A stretch of DNA of 32,000 nucleotides from Geotalea daltonii FRC-32 (GCF_000022265.1 NC_011979.1:780001-812000); one strand, 5' to 3'. Counted from the stretch's first letter, positions 7,091 through 15,818 are shown. A program made the numbers and translations. Notes: generated by a model from the sequence alone, not told the origin.

Positions 7091-8932
7091 CTAGGGCTGA
7101 AAGTCACCGATATCTGATTTGCCAACAAATGCAAAAAAATTCTCGTCACCCTGCTTATCAACCCAAAGCTTGTATTTGGCGGCCTCGTTCGGCGAAGGCG
7201 TGATCATGCGATAATTGCCATTTTTAAAACGTATAATGAAAAATCTATTGTTCCGATCCTTCAAGTTGTTGAAATAATCAGTAAGCCTTGTAGCAGATTG
7301 ATCGGCAGCTTCAATACTTAAACCGCCAGCTTTTTGGGCGGCAAAATCTACCTCCATTTCGTATGCGGTATTAATCGTGCTGTTCGATGGCATATATCCT
7401 ACCGGATAAACATCTATCCGCTCAACAAGCTGCCTAATCTCGCCACGTAATTTCATTCTGACATCAATTGCCTGCTCTGCTGGAACAGAACCTATAAACT
7501 GATAAAGCTCCTTCAACCCCTGTATTGATTGTTCGATTGTTGTTTGCTTGTGTGACAGTTGGTTTATTTCCTGATTTATAATTGATCGTTCAGCAGGAAT
7601 GGCGGTTTGCCTTGTAACTAATTTGTTAATTTCAGCCATGGTTCTATCTCGTACAGCTTGGTTCTCAGCTTGACTGAGTGTTTCATACAAGACATTTATT
7701 CTGCGTTCAAGTTGTTTAAATTCATCATTTATAACGGCCAAACGTCCTTGTAAACCCGCAATCTTGGATTCCTTTTGTATTGCATCGTCAGTCAACAGGT
7801 CAGCGATATTAAGGCCAGAACAGAAGCTCAAGAATGCATCTTCAAATTCTGGGTATCGGAAACTATGATACTCACATCCCATTTTTCTTCTGGCGTTGTC
7901 ACATACCAAATACATTCCTGCTTTTGTTTGATTCCCTTTGTTGACAAACTGCATAGGTTTCCCGCAGTATCCGCATTTAGCAAGTCCACCAAACAAATTA
8001 CTCAACTTACCGTTTTTACCGCCAAAGTCTTTGTTACTCTTGCAGCGCTCTTGAACTCTATAAAACACTTCGTCTGCAATGATACGCGGATAGTAATCGC
8101 TGAATACCTCGCCGGTTGGTTTTCGTACCTTTTCCCCTGCTTCCTCATCTGTTACCATTATATGTGGCTCAAATTCCCCTAATACGGCCTTATTGTGTAA
8201 GATCTTCTTGACGTAACTTGGAAACCAACCGTTATCGCCTTTCCAAGCAGGAATTTTTTCCGTGTTCAATTTTTTAGCAATTGAAGCCGCACCGATTCCT
8301 TGAAGTGCCATATTAAAAATACGCCTGACAATTGCAACCCTGTATTCTATTCCATTAAATTTGATCTTGCTTTCATCGAGTTTTAGCCACGCAGGGGCGC
8401 GAGCAGTAAGTTTTTTTTCAGCGATGTTTTCCCGTTTAGCTTTCCAATTGTCAATATGTCTGATAGATTTAGTCAAACTTTCGTCATAAGAACGCGCCAT
8501 TATTCCAAGACTTGTAAAAACTTGGGAAATATTGTCATTCCATGTTTCATGGCGATACTCACTGCGATCAATCAAGGTTACAACTATAATGCCATAACTT
8601 GTTATTTCTCTTAACTGGTCAAATGCAGTCATGATTTTCTGACGGCTTAAACGATCCAGTGATTCAACTAGTAATATAGAGTTTTTAGGTATTTTACCTC
8701 TTTTGGCAAGTTCCAAGAACTCACCCAATGCTCCACGAGTCCGGTGTTTTCCGGAAAATGCTGAAAGCCCCAAATCTTTTAACGTCAGTGATTCATCTAA
8801 TACCAAACCTTTTTCTTGAGCGTACAGCCGCGATTTTTCCATTTGACGCGCAAGGCTGTACCCTTTAAGTTGCTCAAGTGTGGAAAAACGAATGTATGAA
8901 TAGCAGCGTGGAGTGTTATAGTCTTGGGTCAT
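7091..8932 (-). CDS. Large serine recombinase (integrase)
   Basis: 613 aa. N-terminal resolvase domain ([11 protein letters not shown] catalytic Ser, [10 protein letters not shown]), a recombinase domain, a zinc ribbon (CGYCGKPM...YLVC....C) and a long coiled-coil region. It lies directly next to the island/comM junction. Confidence 0.95.
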   Translation of the reverse strand: MTQDYNTPRCYSYIRFSTLEQLKGYSLARQMEKSRLYAQEKGLVLDESLTLKDLGLSAFSGKHRTRGALGEFLELAKRGKIPKNSILLVESLDRLSRQKIMTAFDQLREITSYGIIVVTLIDRSEYRHETWNDNISQVFTSLGIMARSYDESLTKSIRHIDNWKAKRENIAEKKLTARAPAWLKLDESKIKFNGIEYRVAIVRRIFNMALQGIGAASIAKKLNTEKIPAWKGDNGWFPSYVKKILHNKAVLGEFEPHIMVTDEEAGEKVRKPTGEVFSDYYPRIIADEVFYRVQERCKSNKDFGGKNGKLSNLFGGLAKCGYCGKPMQFVNKGNQTKAGMYLVCDNARRKMGCEYHSFRYPEFEDAFLSFCSGLNIADLLTDDAIQKESKIAGLQGRLAVINDEFKQLERRINVLYETLSQAENQAVRDRTMAEINKLVTRQTAIPAERSIINQEINQLSHKQTTIEQSIQGLKELYQFIGSVPAEQAIDVRMKLRGEIRQLVERIDVYPVGYMPSNSTINTAYEMEVDFAAQKAGGLSIEAADQSATRLTDYFNNLKDRNNRFFIIRFKNGNYRMITPSPNEAAKYKLWVDKQGDENFFAFVGKSDIGDFQP

Positions 8933-8999
8933 TATAAGCCTTTACATACATTGGATAACTTAGCGTTATTTTCAGCTAAAAAGCGAATTAATGTCAAGG

Positions 9000-9045
9000 G
9001 GTATATTGGCCACAATATACTAATATTATGGCCAATAAAACCCCA
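9000..9045. repeat. Site A: near-perfect palindromic recombination site (attP-like, two P-type arms)
   Basis: TATTGGCCACAATAT-ACTA-ATATTATGGCCAATA (9004-9037) has 15-nt arms with one mismatch. Both arms belong to the same half-site family as site X right arm and site B left arm. A TTGACA box on the minus strand (8992-8997) abuts it. Confidence 0.7.
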
Positions 9046-9070
9046 ACTACAACGAGACAAATATTCAGTA

Positions 9071-9105
9071 GGTTATATTAGCCATAATATATTGATGATC
9101 GGTCC
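9071..9105. repeat. Site B: island/chromosome junction (attR-like hybrid: island-type arm + comM arm)
   Basis: The left arm GGTTATATTAGCCATAATAT is AT-rich, and its reverse complement matches the site X right arm (TGGCTAATATAACC versus TGGCCAATATAACC). The right arm ATGATCGGTCCTCCCGGG is GC-rich and encodes the genuine MIGPPG of the ComM P-loop. Confidence 0.65.
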
Positions 9106-9970
9106 TCCCGGGTCGGGCAAGACCATGCTGGCCCGGCGGATTCCTTCCATTCTCCCCACCATGTCCTTCAACGAGGCGATAGAAACTTCGAAAATCTACA
9201 GTGTCATGGGGCTACTAGATCGTGACCGGGCGCTGGTTTCCGGCCGTCCCTTCCGCAGCCCACACCATACCATCTCCGATATCGGTCTGATTGGCGGCGG
9301 GAATACGCCAAAACCTGGTGAAGTGAGCCTCTCCCACAATGGTGTGCTGTTCCTCGACGAACTGCCCGAGTTTAAAAAGCATGTGCTGGAAGTGCTGCGC
9401 CAGCCCCTTGAGGACGGTCGGGTCACCATTTCCCGCGCCCTGACCTCACTTACCTATCCGTCCCGGATCATGCTCGTCACTGCCATGAATCCCTGTCCCT
9501 GTGGATACCTGGGGGATCCCCTCCACCAGTGTTCATGCACCCCGGTAATGATCCACCGTTACCGCTCCCGCATCTCAGGGCCCCTCCTGGACCGCATTGA
9601 CATCCACATCGAGGTGCCAGCCGTCAAATACCGAGATCTGGCTGACCGCAGCGAGGGCGAAGGCTCTGCAGCCATAGCAGGCAGGGTAGAGCAGTCGAGA
9701 AACCTGCAGCTGGAGCGTTTCAAGGGAAGCAAAGTTCACTGCAACGCGCAGATGACGCCACGCTTTATCAAGAAATTCTGCGAACCGGACGCAGCCGGTC
9801 AGCGTATGCTGGAGATGGTCACTGACCGTCTCGGCCTCTCCGCGCGGACCTATACCCGCATTCTCAAGGTCGCCCGCACCATCGCCGATCTGGAGGGGAG
9901 CGACGGGATCAGGGAAAATCATATCTCGGAAGCAATCCAATATCGCAGCCTGGATCGGAAGATGGTTTGA
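9083..9970 (+). pseudogene. comM: comM/yifB (Mg-chelatase-like AAA+ ATPase), 3-prime ~296 codons only; the N-terminal ~40 percent is split off by the island
   Basis: [19 protein letters not shown] (Walker A), [11 protein letters not shown] (Walker B), [23 protein letters not shown] and the C-terminal [20 protein letters not shown] are all ComM/YifB hallmarks. Upstream of 9083 the open frame (track TTG start at 8924) is island sequence with no ComM N-terminal domain. Confidence 0.88.
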
Positions 9971-10250
9971 AAAATAAATTGCCACAGAGCCCCGCGGGGC
10001 AGGGCAGTTTCTCCAAACTCACCCGGCTGATAGCTGTAATATCAAAATATTCCTATCTTTAAACTTGAAATAGCGTAAAATTAAATTTGGGACTTCCTCA
10101 AAACACGACACTCATTCATCAGTGCCCCCTCTGTTTTCCATCTATAGTCTCAATCCAATCTCTGGAGCAATTTAGCATTGGTAGCATTTCCCGAGTGATT
10201 CCTCTGTTGAGTCGCCACTCTTAACCGCATGAAAAGAAAACAGGGCAAAA

Positions 10251-10757
10251 ATGGATAGAGTTAGAATCGGCTGCAACTATTCGAGGCAACCCTTCTGGAA
10301 GGTATGCCTCGGTGTTCCGCTCATATATCTGCCGATTATTACAACCGTGCCTTTCGTGGTTGCCGGTGTTTTTTTGATTAAGACCCACTTGAGATACGTC
10401 GGCGGCATGGACATCAAATCCTACTGGGATTTTGTACCTGCCTGGATTTCTCATCGGTATGGAAATTCGGAGCAACCCACCATCAATGTTTCCCAGCTTC
10501 ATTTTGCCCACTACAGGTTTTTCTGGATATTTAACTGTAAGCTCTACTGTCCGTTGAGCGTTGCACTCTTCAGGTATGCCGTATACCTGGTGAAAATAGT
10601 GGAAAACTGGTGGTGTCCCTTTGCCCACGACCAGAAACAGGATTATGTAGAAGGCGCTATCGACAAGTCCTTTTGGCATGTGGACCCGGATGAACTAAAC
10701 AAGTTGCATCCCGACGACAAGGAGAACCGGATCTGGAATGAGAAAAGGGCGCAGTAG
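10251..10757 (+). CDS. Hypothetical membrane protein, Cys/Trp-rich (168 aa)
   Basis: One clear TM segment (LGVPLIYLPIITTVPFVVAGVFLI), then NCKLYCP...ENWWCPFAH. It is preferred over the fully overlapping minus-strand ORF 10221-10679 on protein-likeness only. The RBS is weak. Confidence 0.4.
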   Translation: MDRVRIGCNYSRQPFWKVCLGVPLIYLPIITTVPFVVAGVFLIKTHLRYVGGMDIKSYWDFVPAWISHRYGNSEQPTINVSQLHFAHYRFFWIFNCKLYCPLSVALFRYAVYLVKIVENWWCPFAHDQKQDYVEGAIDKSFWHVDPDELNKLHPDDKENRIWNEKRAQ

Positions 10758-10870
10758 CTCGTTTCAGTTCAGAACGGCTATTACGGGTTGAGCATCAGGC
10801 TTGGATATGTTGGATACAAGATCCATACAGTCAAGCCATGAGCCAGGCCCTTTAAAAGAGGTGTAAAACA

Positions 10871-11128
10871 ATGACGATCAAATGCGGTAAGGTTGTAAGT
10901 CACACAGTAGCCCAGGCGTGGGGTACCGGAAAGGTGGTAGAGGTTGGTCCCGTCAGTGCGACGATTCTATTCAGTGACGGAGTTACCAGGAAAATTGCCT
11001 CCTCCCATTACACTAACCTTTTACCGGCCGATCCGGCTTCATTCGTGCCGATTCCCGAAGTTATCCCCGTTGCCAAGGTGCGGGTGGCGGCCAAACGGGT
11101 GAAAAAAGTGAAACAAGTGGAAATCTGA
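10871..11128 (+). CDS. Small hypothetical protein (85 aa), possibly DUF3553-like
   Basis: RBS AGAGGTG lies 7 nt upstream. GKVVSH..AQAWGTGKVVEV.....ILFSDG resembles a small SH3/Tudor-like fold, and the tail is basic. Confidence 0.45.
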   Translation: MTIKCGKVVSHTVAQAWGTGKVVEVGPVSATILFSDGVTRKIASSHYTNLLPADPASFVPIPEVIPVAKVRVAAKRVKKVKQVEI

Positions 11129-11199
11129 AATTGATGCGCTTGTTTGCAAGACCTCTTCGCCTCGTTTCTCTGTTTTGATGGTGAAGCGGGGCTGGAGGG

Positions 11200-11510
11200 G
11201 CCAACAGCCCCGCTACAGGCGAGCAGTGACTGATAGAGAAACGCTACCCCGAACCACTTCCAGGAGCCGAATTCCTGGCGCATGGCGACGGTTACCACTA
11301 CACAGGGCGGCCGTAGCGGGCATCGGCCATCAAGGACTCGATATCTTCGCCGTGGGCCCGCCGCCGTTGGTGAGCATCTCCATCATTTTGCCGGAATCCC
11401 ATGTCTTCCACCCGGCATTCGCTCCTGTAAGCTGTCCCTTCCGCAGGTGGCAAACGTACCGCCACAATTTCCCCTTTTTCACCTATGCTCAACAGGGCCA
11501 GTGGTACCAT
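11200..11510 (-). pseudogene. feoA: feoA-feoB remnant: feoA 5-prime part with a frame break, joined to a feoB C-terminal fragment
   Basis: Good RBS (GGAGA) and ATG at 11510. MVPLALLSIGEKGEIVAV....RVEDMGFR is FeoA-like. The expected continuation KMMEMLTNGGGP appears only in another frame. A third frame then gives PCVVVTVAMRQEFGSWKWFGVAFLYQSLLA, which resembles the extreme C-terminus of FeoB. No FeoB G-domain is present. Confidence 0.45.
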
Positions 11511-11521
11511 CAGTTATCTCC

Positions 11522-12310
11522 TTAAAACCTGTAAGCAATTCCTGCCAGGTATGCAACATCAGCTTCGGGGCCATTCAGGCCTCCTTTGATACCCAGATCC
11601 AGATCCAGATCCTCAGTCACCGAATAGATCACTCCTCCGAGCAGGAAGGCTGGCCAGGCGTGGGAGCCACGATTACCGTTTGTTTCCACCCCAATATTGG
11701 CCACCAGCTGCAGGTCCTTGACAACTTCACAGGATGCTGCTGCCGAGGCATGCCAGATGTTGTTGCGGTTGCTCTCCTTGTCTGCATCAAGCTTGAACTC
11801 GGTTCTGGTATAGGCGGCGTTTACGTGGAAGGTGAACGGCTCAAGTTCCTGAGAGGCGATCATGGTTACCCCGTAAGAGACTTTGCCATTGCCCAGCCCA
11901 CGGTTCTCGTTGCCGGAGGGAATTGTCAACCCAGGCTTTACCGCCATGCTGAAGCCCTTGTAGTTCAGAAAACGCCATTTGAGCTCCAGCGAGACGTCGC
12001 CCGCGCCGTTCTCGTCACCGGTCAAGATGCCGTCTTCCTTGACCCGGCTCCAGACCCATGGAGCGCCGATGACCAGATCCACGTTATCGAAGATGCCGGC
12101 AGAAAATGCCGCTGCCAGTTCTGCGCCGGTCTCCCTGGTCTCCACTCCGTCGAACCCTTCCTTGTCCCGGCTTACTTCGCCGTTCATTTCCAGTTGAAAT
12201 TTACCCTTCCCCTGGGTTCCAGTGTCATCAGTAATCAACGGGTGTGCCGCGAATGCTGAACCGCTCAAGCCAACGACAAGACCACCAATTACCGCCAATT
12301 TTCTGATCAT
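11522..12310 (-). CDS. Outer-membrane beta-barrel transporter, MetA-pathway/phenol-degradation-like family
   Basis: Signal peptide ending AFA-AHPLITDDTGTQGKGKFQLE (family signature), alternating beta pattern, and a C-terminal AYRF. Confidence 0.82.
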   Translation of the reverse strand: MIRKLAVIGGLVVGLSGSAFAAHPLITDDTGTQGKGKFQLEMNGEVSRDKEGFDGVETRETGAELAAAFSAGIFDNVDLVIGAPWVWSRVKEDGILTGDENGAGDVSLELKWRFLNYKGFSMAVKPGLTIPSGNENRGLGNGKVSYGVTMIASQELEPFTFHVNAAYTRTEFKLDADKESNRNNIWHASAAASCEVVKDLQLVANIGVETNGNRGSHAWPAFLLGGVIYSVTEDLDLDLGIKGGLNGPEADVAYLAGIAYRF

Positions 12311-12385
12311 ACCGGGACTACCCCCACTGATTATTATTTTTAACTCTTGGCTGCCGCGTTACGTCTGAGCGATGCCTGGCAAAGG

Positions 12386-13171
12386 TTATACAATGCGAAG
12401 GCTGCGAAGCTGCCGGTGATCTTGAATATTATTTTCAGTCAATGAAGAGAAAGGCAGCCTGTTGGAAGAAGAACTGCCGGTCAGGCATACGGACGGTGAT
12501 GCGCCTTTGGACAAATCAGCAGCCATCCGGCTGCGGCAACAGCGGAAGGTTTCGGCAAGGCAAAGGCTGGCCTGGGGCTCGCCGTAGATCTTCCACGGGC
12601 CTTGGCAGGTGAAGGGAATTCGCGCCAATCCCATGAATCCGACCACATCCTTCAGGGGATATCCGAGGAAAATACCGATCTCATGGGGAAACGCGCCGGC
12701 AGCAAGACACCTGGCAAATCGATCGAGAACCTGTGGGAGAGCCACCCCAGACGCATAACCTGCACGGGCCAGGATGGCACGAACAGCGGGTTTTTCGAGG
12801 AGATTGGCGAGCGCATCGGGGCGATAAAGGAGAAGCAGCACAGAATCTCCCCGGTCTGTCAGCTCGTAGGCCTCCAGGGGGGTGGTCGCCACGACAGTTT
12901 TCCCCCACTTTTTCCAAAGCTGGTACGGATTTCTGCCGCATGCGTACGTGCGGTTCGGAATGGGAAAGAGGTTTGCCGGCTTGATGCCGGCGACTACCTC
13001 TGCCGATTCAAGGGCCAGAAAAGAAGCAAGGCATTCCCTGGGCTCAATAAAACGCGTGGCTATATCTCTCCAGACCGTCCGGCGAGAGCTCGGTTCTTTT
13101 GCCGGAACATCTTTGCCGGCATTGGCCCCAGTATGGAAAACATGATCGCTTAAAAGCTGTGATTGCCCCAC
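12386..13171 (-). CDS. DUF3793 family protein
   Basis: AGIKPANLF, FPHEIGIFLGYPLKDVVGF and GPWKIYGEP match the DUF3793 signature. The track start at 13228 is a TTG without an RBS. I prefer the GTG at 13171, preceded by GGAGG with a 5-nt spacer; the start remains uncertain. Confidence 0.72.
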   Translation of the reverse strand: MGQSQLLSDHVFHTGANAGKDVPAKEPSSRRTVWRDIATRFIEPRECLASFLALESAEVVAGIKPANLFPIPNRTYACGRNPYQLWKKWGKTVVATTPLEAYELTDRGDSVLLLLYRPDALANLLEKPAVRAILARAGYASGVALPQVLDRFARCLAAGAFPHEIGIFLGYPLKDVVGFMGLARIPFTCQGPWKIYGEPQASLCLAETFRCCRSRMAADLSKGASPSVCLTGSSSSNRLPFSSLTENNIQDHRQLRSLRIV

Positions 13172-13320
13172 TTTCTCCTCCAAAGAAAAATATAAGGTGA
13201 ATTTACGGAAATTGAAAATCAATGTCAATCAAAATTTGCTATTGGAGCCTTGATGTCTCTGAGGAGGCATGGAAATAAAAAATCTAACCAATTGTCAATT
13301 ATAAATAAGGGGTTTGTATA

Positions 13321-13342
13321 AAGCCGCAAAAGAGCGGCTTCA
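13321..13342 (-). terminator. Weak hairpin downstream of the FUSC gene
   Basis: AGCCGC-AAAAGA-GCGGCT. The T-run on the minus strand is short. Confidence 0.35.
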
Positions 13343-13377
13343 GCAGCCTGGGCTGAGTGTCATCCAACTTTTCGGCA

Positions 13378-15345
13378 TCAGCCAGGGCACTGGCTTGTCC
13401 GGCCTTTCCCCAAGACGACATTCCCGCGGAATAAAGCTGCTGCGTCGCCCATGGTCTCGGCGGCAAGCCTTGCAGGAGATTCATAACTCTCATCCTTCGG
13501 ACCAAGTGCGTGGAGTACCCTTGAAGTCTCCTGCAAGACCGGGATCACATCGTCGGGCTGTTGCAACGAATGGGCTAATGTCTGCAGCGTTTGGCGAATG
13601 ATCTGTGCGGTAGCTGGTGGGATATCCTCATGCTTATGTGCCTCATGCAGGTGCAGAAGGCATTTGCCGATGGCAAGGGTTGACAGTGCGCCTTCGACCA
13701 CGGCAAGATGGTCGGCATCTGATTTTTTGGCTAAGACTACCAGGCGGATGACACGATGTTGCAGCCTTGCCCGCAGTCGTTCCAAAACCGTGGCGGAAGT
13801 ACTTGCGGCCATGATTTCCAGGTCGCCGACAATGGCGGTCAATATGGAGCGAAAGCGTATAGTCGGATCGATGGGCAACAGGTAGCGGAAGGAGGCCCAG
13901 GCGATGCCGATGCCGATGACGGTAGCCATGGCGCCCTCCAACTGGATCGGGGCCGGAGCCGTGACTACCACCCCCGGCTGCTCAACGAACATGAAGATAA
14001 GGGTGGCGTCGGTGGCAGCGGCAACCGTTTTTCTGTACTGCATGAGAAAAACGCCGATCAGGATCAATGGCGCAATTACAAGGCCTTCGATCAGCGGATC
14101 GTTCAAACCCTGCAGCAATACCAACCGGCAGAAAAGACCCAATGCAGCTCCTGTGGATGCGCCGATCAAGACCTGGGTCAGGGTGGCGGAAGGATGCTCT
14201 CTGGTTGAAAAGAGGCTGACCATGATGGATGTCACCATCAGCATCGGTAATGATTGTTCCCATCCGCTTACCTGCCAGATCAGGGCGACGGCAAGTATGG
14301 CTGCTGCAGCACGCAACGCGGCTCGTCGGGCTTCTTGCCAGTCACGGTGGCCGATAAGCCTGTGCACTGGTTCCGTTTCCGGGGCATTGGTCTCGGTGGA
14401 CAAAGCGGCCTTCAGGGATTTCACTAACTCACCAAGGGACTCGCCAAGAAAGGGCAGATGAACAGTTGCCTCGGCTGAAACCGTCTGCAATTCGGCTACT
14501 CCGCTTTCTTTTATTTTTCCGGAAACATGCTCCAGATGGAGGGCGAGTGTCTCTCGCCAGGATACATCTTGGAATTCAGCGCCATCATGCCTGTAGAACC
14601 GCTCTCCTGCCAGTCTGCCGGCAGCCAGCAAAGACAGAAGAGAGGCTATGAGGCTTCTGATCTGCCGCTTTTTCTTCTTGAAACGCAGTGAACCCGCTCC
14701 AACCATGTCCAGCATGCCTTCGATCTCGGCAATTTCCAACAGGATTTCCTGCTCCTGCCTGACCAGCCTTTCTCCATCCCCCTGGCGCAGGAGTTGGGCC
14801 AGCCATGCCACGGTTTCCCCCGCAGCCGTCTGCAGTCGGTTCAGATATTCTCCCCTGGATTGCCGGGGGGTAAAGAGCAAGGTCGTTGTCGTGGCGACGA
14901 TGATGCCGACGATGGTACCGGCAATCCTGCCGAAGGCCAGGTCCTGCAGATGGTGCGGGTTCTGCAAGGTCCGCACGGCAATGATGGCACAGGTACAGCC
15001 TGCCAGCAGGCAGGCATAGGAACGAAGACCGGAAAGCAGATTGCCGATGCCGACGCAAACTGCCAGCCAACAAGCAAGAGCGATGGTCACAAGAAGCGGT
15101 GAACCGGCGTTCAGCATGAGCAACAGTCCTGCCACCGAGCCGATGGCTGTGCCGACCAATCGGTAGTAGCCTTTCTCCAGCAAAAGCCCCTGTGTAGGCT
15201 GGATGACGATGATTGCCGTCATTGCCGCCCAGTACGGACATTCGAGTTTGAGGATTTCGGCGATGGCAAGGGCGGCAAGAGCTGCTGCCGTGCCACGTAG
15301 TGCGATGTTTATTTTCCGGTTCCTGCCTTGAGAATGATTTTTCAT
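13378..15345 (-). CDS. FUSC / aromatic-acid exporter (AaeB/YccS-like) family inner-membrane protein
   Basis: 655 aa. N-terminal CPYWAAMTAIIVIQPT..G....G..R..GT.IG signature, two multi-TM blocks separated by a soluble coiled region. The ATG overlaps the MarR stop (ATGA, 15342-15345). Confidence 0.88.
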   Translation of the reverse strand: MKNHSQGRNRKINIALRGTAAALAALAIAEILKLECPYWAAMTAIIVIQPTQGLLLEKGYYRLVGTAIGSVAGLLLMLNAGSPLLVTIALACWLAVCVGIGNLLSGLRSYACLLAGCTCAIIAVRTLQNPHHLQDLAFGRIAGTIVGIIVATTTTLLFTPRQSRGEYLNRLQTAAGETVAWLAQLLRQGDGERLVRQEQEILLEIAEIEGMLDMVGAGSLRFKKKKRQIRSLIASLLSLLAAGRLAGERFYRHDGAEFQDVSWRETLALHLEHVSGKIKESGVAELQTVSAEATVHLPFLGESLGELVKSLKAALSTETNAPETEPVHRLIGHRDWQEARRAALRAAAAILAVALIWQVSGWEQSLPMLMVTSIMVSLFSTREHPSATLTQVLIGASTGAALGLFCRLVLLQGLNDPLIEGLVIAPLILIGVFLMQYRKTVAAATDATLIFMFVEQPGVVVTAPAPIQLEGAMATVIGIGIAWASFRYLLPIDPTIRFRSILTAIVGDLEIMAASTSATVLERLRARLQHRVIRLVVLAKKSDADHLAVVEGALSTLAIGKCLLHLHEAHKHEDIPPATAQIIRQTLQTLAHSLQQPDDVIPVLQETSRVLHALGPKDESYESPARLAAETMGDAAALFRGNVVLGKGRTSQCPG

Positions 15346-15818
15346 TGTTTTCCATTATTCAGTTGCCGGTGCAAGTTTCCCAGGTTGTCTTCCAGGCGCA
15401 GAATCAATCTCGCCATCTGTGAAACATCGCTTTCGGTGAATTCCGTGAGCAGCTTGTTTTCAAGGGTGGTAACAGTTTTTTGTATCCGGGCAACCAATGA
15501 CTTTCCCTCAGCAGTCAGACTCAACAACTTGGCGCGGCGGTCGGTCGCGTCTTCCACCCTCTGAATCAGGCCTTTGGCAATTAGAGTATCCAGGAGTCTG
15601 ACAATGGAAGGTCCCTCGATGCCGATGGAAGCCGCCAGATCCTTTTGACGGGTCCCATCTCCAAGGAGCCGAAGATGTAGAAGAGGCCTCCAGGTGGCAT
15701 CGGTCAGTCCCACGGCCTGTATTTCCATGTCCAATGTCTTTCGCCAGCGTCTTGTCAGGCGGGAGAGATGGAAGAGCAGGTTGCTACGGTCAATGGCTTT
15801 TGAGTGTAAGGTATGCAT
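15342..15818 (-). CDS. MarR-family transcriptional regulator
   Basis: Winged-HTH pattern: GLTDATWRPLLHL.....TRQKDLAASIGIEGPSIVRLLDTLIAKGLIQRVEDATDRRAKLLSLT.EGK. Confidence 0.92.
   Translation of the reverse strand: MHTLHSKAIDRSNLLFHLSRLTRRWRKTLDMEIQAVGLTDATWRPLLHLRLLGDGTRQKDLAASIGIEGPSIVRLLDTLIAKGLIQRVEDATDRRAKLLSLTAEGKSLVARIQKTVTTLENKLLTEFTESDVSQMARLILRLEDNLGNLHRQLNNGKQ

Larger units (their letters stand above)
1..9088. mobile_element. Right-hand part of an integrated genomic island inserted in comM/yifB; left end outside the window
   Basis: Visibly lower GC than the sequence right of ~9.1 kb. Contains two serine recombinases, an HUH Rep-like gene, an R-M-like cassette and an XRE repressor. 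It ends where comM homology starts mid-gene at the Walker-A box (9083 onward). Related recombinase half-sites lie at 3836-3885, 9000-9045 and 9071-9105. Confidence 0.8.

Noticed and set aside
8961-8997. Integrase promoter: minus-strand TTGACA at 8992-8997
   Set aside because: The only -10 candidates at 17-18 nt spacing are TGAAAA and GAAAAT, which is too weak to list as a feature. I mention it only as context for site A.
8924-9082. N-terminal extension of the comM ORF in the track ([13 protein letters not shown]...[28 protein letters not shown])
   Set aside because: It starts at a TTG inside the divergent integrase leader, is AT-rich island sequence, and has no similarity to the ComM N-terminal domain. 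The frame is open only because sites A and B mimic the target codons.
9575-9985. 136-aa minus-strand ORF antisense to comM
   Set aside because: It lies entirely inside a strongly supported coding region on the other strand; this is a typical GC-rich antisense artefact.
9989-10000. GCCCCGCGGGGC palindrome after comM as a terminator
   Set aside because: The stem is too short with almost no loop, and there is no T-run.
11282-12259. 325-aa plus-strand ORF
   Set aside because: It is antisense to the well-supported outer-membrane barrel gene (signal peptide, family signature, terminal F). The product is Pro/Arg/Cys-rich and low complexity.
12602-13153. Several overlapping ORFs (183, 86, 83, 87 aa) inside the DUF3793 gene
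   Set aside because: They are shadows of the DUF3793 gene in alternative frames or on the opposite strand, and they carry no motifs.
13598-15355. Multiple ORFs including a 256-aa minus-strand ORF (14585-15355) and plus-strand ORFs of 95-185 aa
   Set aside because: All overlap the 655-aa FUSC gene. The products are Arg/Pro/Gly-rich frame shadows.
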